From: an uncultured Oscillospiraceae bacterium
GTDB taxonomy: Bacteria > Bacillota > Clostridia > Oscillospirales > Oscillospiraceae
DNA length: 64,000 nucleotides
NCBI GenBank assembly: GCA_944385415.1
Contig: CALWXC010000008.1
Coordinates: 36,446-100,445, forward strand
Direction of reading: 5' to 3'
Shown here in pieces: positions 59,828 through 64,000 of the stretch (position 1 is the first letter of the stretch; every line of letters begins with the position of its first letter). The position numbers and the translations under genes are program-made. The notes beneath the pieces are model-generated. The model did no database searches. It was given only the letters and a program-made list of their open reading frames with translations, and had not been told where the DNA came from.

Positions 59828-60586
59828 TTAGTGGCAGGAGCCGTGGCCGCACTGGTGGCCTTCGCCGTGGTGATGACCACACTGATGGCCCTCGCCGTGA
59901 TGGCTGCAGGTGATATCAGGCTGGTACTGGAGCGTTCCGGCCAGCAGGGCTTCCACCGCTGCGTCGGCATCGCCAGTGACACCGCCATACAGCTTGATGC
60001 CCGCTTCGGCCAGGGCCATTTGGGCGCCGCCGCCGATGCCGCCGCAGATGAGGGTATCCACCTGATGGCCGCCCAGGAAGCCCGCCAAAGCGCCGTGGCC
60101 GCTGCCGTTGGTGTCCACCACCTGGGCGTCGGTGACCTTGCCGCCCTCCACGGTGTAGACCTTGAACTGCTTGCTGTGGCCGAAATGCTGATAGACCTGA
60201 CCGTTTTCATAGGTGACTGCGATTTTCATATGGGACGTCTCCTTGTCATTTAATTTGGCAACCTGTGCCGGAACGGGGCAGCCGGTACAGCCCGCGCCGC
60301 CGCAAACCCGATAACTGCCGCCCTCGATGCGCAGCTCCAATCCATCCACAATGCAGCGGGCCAGCTTTTCCCTGGCGCTGTTGTAGATGCTCTGGGCCGT
60401 GGTGCGGGCCACATTCATGCGGGCGGCGCAGTCCTCCTGGCTCAGACCCTCCAGATCAATCTGACGAATGGCCTCCAGCTCCTCCACGGTCATGATTGCC
60501 ACGCCGTAGGGGCCGTCATCCAGGGGACCGAAGCGGCACGTCCCCGGCAGACGGCAGATGCGGCGGTCCTTCTTCGGTCTGGCCAT
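59828..60586 (-). CDS. DUF134 HTH domain fused to NifB/NifX-family (FeMo-co-binding-like) domain with His/Cys tail
   Basis: MARPKKDRRIC, EELEAIRQIDLEGLSQEDCAARMNVARTT, IEGGSY; then KIAV..HFGH, ICGGIGGGA, and tail CSHHGEGHQCGHHHGEGHQCGHGSCH. Confidence 0.88.
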   Translation of the reverse strand: MARPKKDRRICRLPGTCRFGPLDDGPYGVAIMTVEELEAIRQIDLEGLSQEDCAARMNVARTTAQSIYNSAREKLARCIVDGLELRIEGGSYRVCGGAGCTGCPVPAQVAKLNDKETSHMKIAVTYENGQVYQHFGHSKQFKVYTVEGGKVTDAQVVDTNGSGHGALAGFLGGHQVDTLICGGIGGGAQMALAEAGIKLYGGVTGDADAAVEALLAGTLQYQPDITCSHHGEGHQCGHHHGEGHQCGHGSCH

Positions 60587-60627
60587 TGGCTGCCTCCATT
60601 TCTGGCATATGCCGTTTATTTACCCCC

Positions 60628-60655
60628 ATTATACAGCGCCGATGGAAAAAGTCAA
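60628..60655 (-). promoter_or_regulatory. SigA promoter of DUF134-NifX
   Basis: TTGACT-16bp-TATAAT on the minus strand. Confidence 0.75.
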
Positions 60656-60924
60656 GGCGAAAGGGAAGACAAATTTTTTTACATTGTGAGGATACCGTGA
60701 TTTTACAAATGTGCAGATTCCTTAAATTCCGACAGGGGAATTTGGAAGATATCCATAAAAAATATTGGCTGTGACGGGATTTTACAAAAAATCCGCAGGA
60801 TTTGGATTTAACATAGATTTGATTTTACACTTCTTTCGTATTTTACAAAGGATTTGTATCATCATAACTGTAAGTTCCCTCGCCAAGCGCGAGAACACCG
60901 CAAAACAAAAGGAGATATGTCACA

Positions 60925-61854
60925 ATGAAAAAGTTCGTCTGCCTGGCTCTGTCCCTGATGACGGTCCTGGCCATGTTCACCGGCTGCGGCTCCAAGACCG
61001 ACACCCCCGCCGCCACCACTGAGGATACCGCCAATCAGGACACCGCTTCCCAGGATACCGCTGCGGAAGATGCTGCCGCCGAGGACAACGCTGCCGAGGA
61101 GACCAACGGCACGGCCGAAGCTCTTGCCGGCACCGTCAACACCGACGGCTCCACCTCCATGAATGAGATGATGCTCATTATGATGGAAGTCTTTGAGGAG
61201 CTGAACCCTGATGTCACTGTCAACTACTCCGGCACTGGTTCCGGCGCAGGCATTGAGGCGGTTCTCAATGAGACCGTGGATATCGGTCTGGCTTCCCGCG
61301 CCCTGAAGGACGAGGAAAAGACCAACGGCGCGGTGGAGCACATTGTGGCTTTGGACGGCGTGGCTGTGGTGGTCAACCCCGCCAATACCGTCACCGACCT
61401 GACGGTGGACCAGATCGCTCAGATTTACAAGGGCGAAGTCACCAACTGGAGTGAGCTGGGCGGCGCCGATCAGGAGATTGCCGTTCTGGGCCGTGAAGAT
61501 GGTTCCGGTACCCGCAGCGCCTTTGAGGAGATTGTGGGTGTAGAGGGCGAGTGCAAGTACACCAACGAGTACTCCTCCACCGGCGACGTCATCGGCCAGG
61601 TGGCTTCCAACCCCGGCGCCATCGGCTATGCCTCCCTGTCTGCCGTCGATGAGACTGTGGCCGCTGTGAAGGTAGACGGCGTGGCCCCCTCCGAGGAGAC
61701 CGTCAAGGACGGCAGCTATACCCTGCAGCGTCCCTTCGTCATGGTTACCAAGGACGGTGTGGAGCTGAGCGCCGCCGCCCAGGGCTTCCTGGACTTCGTC
61801 ATGAGCGACGAGGCTGCCCAGTATATCACCATGGCCGGTGTGGTTGCTCCCTGA
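60925..61854 (+). CDS. pstS: Phosphate ABC transporter substrate-binding lipoprotein
   Basis: Lipobox FTGC, DGSTSM, GSGAGI, IGLASR, REDGSGTRSAF, IGYAS. Confidence 0.93.
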   Translation: MKKFVCLALSLMTVLAMFTGCGSKTDTPAATTEDTANQDTASQDTAAEDAAAEDNAAEETNGTAEALAGTVNTDGSTSMNEMMLIMMEVFEELNPDVTVNYSGTGSGAGIEAVLNETVDIGLASRALKDEEKTNGAVEHIVALDGVAVVVNPANTVTDLTVDQIAQIYKGEVTNWSELGGADQEIAVLGREDGSGTRSAFEEIVGVEGECKYTNEYSSTGDVIGQVASNPGAIGYASLSAVDETVAAVKVDGVAPSEETVKDGSYTLQRPFVMVTKDGVELSAAAQGFLDFVMSDEAAQYITMAGVVAP

Positions 61855-61956
61855 CGCAAGCATCATACGGTTCCAAGCAGGTGCGGCCGGCCTACCGGCC
61901 GTGCCTGTTCGCCGCGATTCCAACAAACCGACAAACCGAAAGGCTGAACAAAACGT

Positions 61957-62883
61957 ATGAAAGACGCCATGACCTCTCCGAATCCCCAGCCGGAGCAGAC
62001 GGCGGCCCGTTCCTTCCGCGCCGCCATCAAGCCCGCTGAGCGGATTATGCAGATTCTCTTTTTGATTTGCGGCCTGGTGGCCGTAGGCTTTGTGCTGATC
62101 ATCAGCATTTACCTCATTGTTTCCGGCATTCCCGCCATCCGGGAAGTGGGCCTGTTCAACTTCCTCTTTGGCACTACCTGGTCGGCCCAGAACGATCAAT
62201 ATGGTATCCTGGGCTTCATTCTGACCTCCATCTACGGTACCGCCGGGGCCATCGTCATCGGCGTGCCCATCGGCTTCTTTACCGCCGTCTACCTCTCCAA
62301 GGTGGCGCCCCCCAAGGTGGCCGCCGTCATCCGTACCACGGTCAATTTGCTGGCCGGTATCCCCTCCGTCGTCTACGGTCTGGTGGGCATGTTCGTCCTG
62401 GTGCCGTGGATTCGGGAAACCTTCAACCTGCCCGCCGGTGACAGCCTGTTTGCCGCCATCATCGTGCTGGCCATTATGATTCTGCCTTCCATCATCTCCG
62501 TGTCGGAAACGGCCCTCAACGCCGTGCCGCAGGACTATGAGGCCGCCTCCCTGGCCCTGGGCGCCACGGAGCTGGAAACGTATTTCCGCGTCAGCGTCCC
62601 CGCGGCCAAAAGCGGCATTGCCGCCGCCGTGGTCCTGGGCATCGGCCGCGCCATCGGTGAAGCCATGGCCATCATCATGGTGGCCGGCAACGTGGCCAAT
62701 ATGCCGTCGCTGTTTTCCAGTGTCCGCTTCCTGACCACCGGCATCGCCATCGAGATGAATTACGCTTCCGTGGGAAGCCTTCAGAGAAACGCCCTGTACT
62801 CCATCGGTCTGGTGCTGTTCCTCTTCATTATGCTCATCAACGTACTGCTCAACACTCTGCTCAAGCGGGATAAGGAGGGGTAA
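61957..62883 (+). CDS. pstC: Phosphate ABC transporter permease
   Basis: LLAGIPSVVYG, ILPSII, EAASLALGAT, GRAIGEAMA. Confidence 0.95.
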   Translation: MKDAMTSPNPQPEQTAARSFRAAIKPAERIMQILFLICGLVAVGFVLIISIYLIVSGIPAIREVGLFNFLFGTTWSAQNDQYGILGFILTSIYGTAGAIVIGVPIGFFTAVYLSKVAPPKVAAVIRTTVNLLAGIPSVVYGLVGMFVLVPWIRETFNLPAGDSLFAAIIVLAIMILPSIISVSETALNAVPQDYEAASLALGATELETYFRVSVPAAKSGIAAAVVLGIGRAIGEAMAIIMVAGNVANMPSLFSSVRFLTTGIAIEMNYASVGSLQRNALYSIGLVLFLFIMLINVLLNTLLKRDKEG

Positions 62884-62889
62884 TCTGGT

Positions 62890-63753
62890 ATGAATAAACT
62901 GTCGCCCTCCCGCCGGGCCTATGAAATCGTGACCCGGACCATGCTCTATCTCTGCGCCTCCATCACCTGCCTGCTGCTGGTGTGTCTCATCGGCTACATC
63001 CTCTATCAGGGTATACCCGGTATCAGCTGGGAATTTCTGACCACGGAACGGAGCATCCTCCGGGGGACCATGGGTATTTTCCCGGCCATCTGCAACACCC
63101 TGTATGTCATCGTTGCGTCCCTGATTATCTCCCTGCCGTTGGGCGTGGGCGCCGCCATCTATCTGACGGAATACGCCCGGAACCGCCGTCTGGTGGAGAT
63201 CATCGAGTTTGCCACCGAGACGCTGGCCGGTATTCCTTCCATCATTTACGCCATGGTGGGCTCCATGGTGTTCTGCATCTCCCTGAACATGGGTAAAACC
63301 CTGCTGGCCGGTTCGCTGACCCTGGTGATCATGGTCCTGCCCACCATCATCCGCACCACCCAGGAAAGTCTCAAGACCGTGCCCCAGTCCTACCGGGAAG
63401 GCTCTCTCGGTCTGGGCAGCGGCAAATGGCACATGATCCGCACGGTGGTGCTGCCCAGCTCCATCGACGGCATTGTGACCGGCTGCATTCTGGCCGTGGG
63501 CCGTATCGTGGGCGAAAGCGCCGTGCTCATGTACACCGTCAGTATGGCCGTGGGTATGCAGGACTTCTCCACCATCTCCGGTATTATGAAGAGCTCCGGC
63601 GCCACCCTGACCGTGGCCCTGTATGTCTATGCCAAGGAAGAGGCCGAGTTTGCTGTGGCCTTCTCCATCGCCACCGTCCTGCTGGTGCTGACGGTGCTCA
63701 TCAACTTCGCCGCCTCGTTGGCCGGCAAGAAGCTCAAGCCCGAAAACAAATAA
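62890..63753 (+). CDS. pstA: Phosphate ABC transporter permease
   Basis: LAGIPSIIY, LPTIIRTTQESL, REGSLGLG, GRIVGESA. Confidence 0.95.
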   Translation: MNKLSPSRRAYEIVTRTMLYLCASITCLLLVCLIGYILYQGIPGISWEFLTTERSILRGTMGIFPAICNTLYVIVASLIISLPLGVGAAIYLTEYARNRRLVEIIEFATETLAGIPSIIYAMVGSMVFCISLNMGKTLLAGSLTLVIMVLPTIIRTTQESLKTVPQSYREGSLGLGSGKWHMIRTVVLPSSIDGIVTGCILAVGRIVGESAVLMYTVSMAVGMQDFSTISGIMKSSGATLTVALYVYAKEEAEFAVAFSIATVLLVLTVLINFAASLAGKKLKPENK

Positions 63754-63765
63754 AGGAGTATCGCC

Positions 63766-64000
63766 ATGGCTGACACGACCATTTTACGTTCGGAAAATCT
63801 GGATTTGTACTACGGTGACCATCAGGCCCTGAAAGGCATCACCATGTCCATTCCCGAGAAGAAGATCACCGCCCTCATCGGCCCCTCCGGCTGCGGCAAA
63901 TCCACGTTTATGAAGACCATCAACCGCATGAATGACCTGGTCCCCGGCGTCACCATCAAGGGACAGCTCCTGTACCGGGAACAGAACATCTACGGCAGCG
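63766..64000 (+). CDS. pstB: Phosphate ABC transporter ATP-binding subunit, 3'-truncated at window edge
   Basis: MADTTILRSENLDLYYG..ITALIGPSGCGKSTF..NRMNDL; RBS AAAGGAG. Confidence 0.93.
   Translation, partial: MADTTILRSENLDLYYGDHQALKGITMSIPEKKITALIGPSGCGKSTFMKTINRMNDLVPGVTIKGQLLYREQNIYGS

Overview
GC-rich (about 60-65% in coding regions) core-genome segment of a spore-forming Clostridia bacterium; gene order and style suggest Oscillospiraceae (inference). It is densely coded. In order: tig-clpP-clpX-lon-engB; S2P-scpA-scpB-ytfI-ytfJ-dacB-rluB; rpiR-flavoprotein-cmk-plsC-ispH/rpsA; ridA; CIRCE-controlled htpG; prmA; ymfF-ymfH-lgt; SLH and CAP surface proteins; hpf; gltBD; an ECF sigma/anti-sigma pair; a divergent acetate kinase; a LarE-LarC2 fusion; a complete F1F0 atp operon; prfA-sua5-coaE/aminopeptidase; a ygiQ radical SAM gene; a DUF134-NifX fusion; pstSCAB. 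I found no transposase, integrase, CRISPR array, rRNA or tRNA. Three things stand out. (1) A modular palindromic repeat family occurs at 7 intergenic loci, with a near-invariant terminus (AAAAAATCGAGTAAAACTTTT) and a variable other end, linked to GTAG-type REPs in 4 loci. (2) Several in-frame fusions retain an internal Shine-Dalgarno and ATG (ispH-rpsA, coaE-aminopeptidase, DUF134-NifX). (3) An orphan LarE-LarC2 fusion converges on an acetate kinase paralogue with active-site substitutions. All calls were made by eye from the sequence and ORF track; no searches were run.
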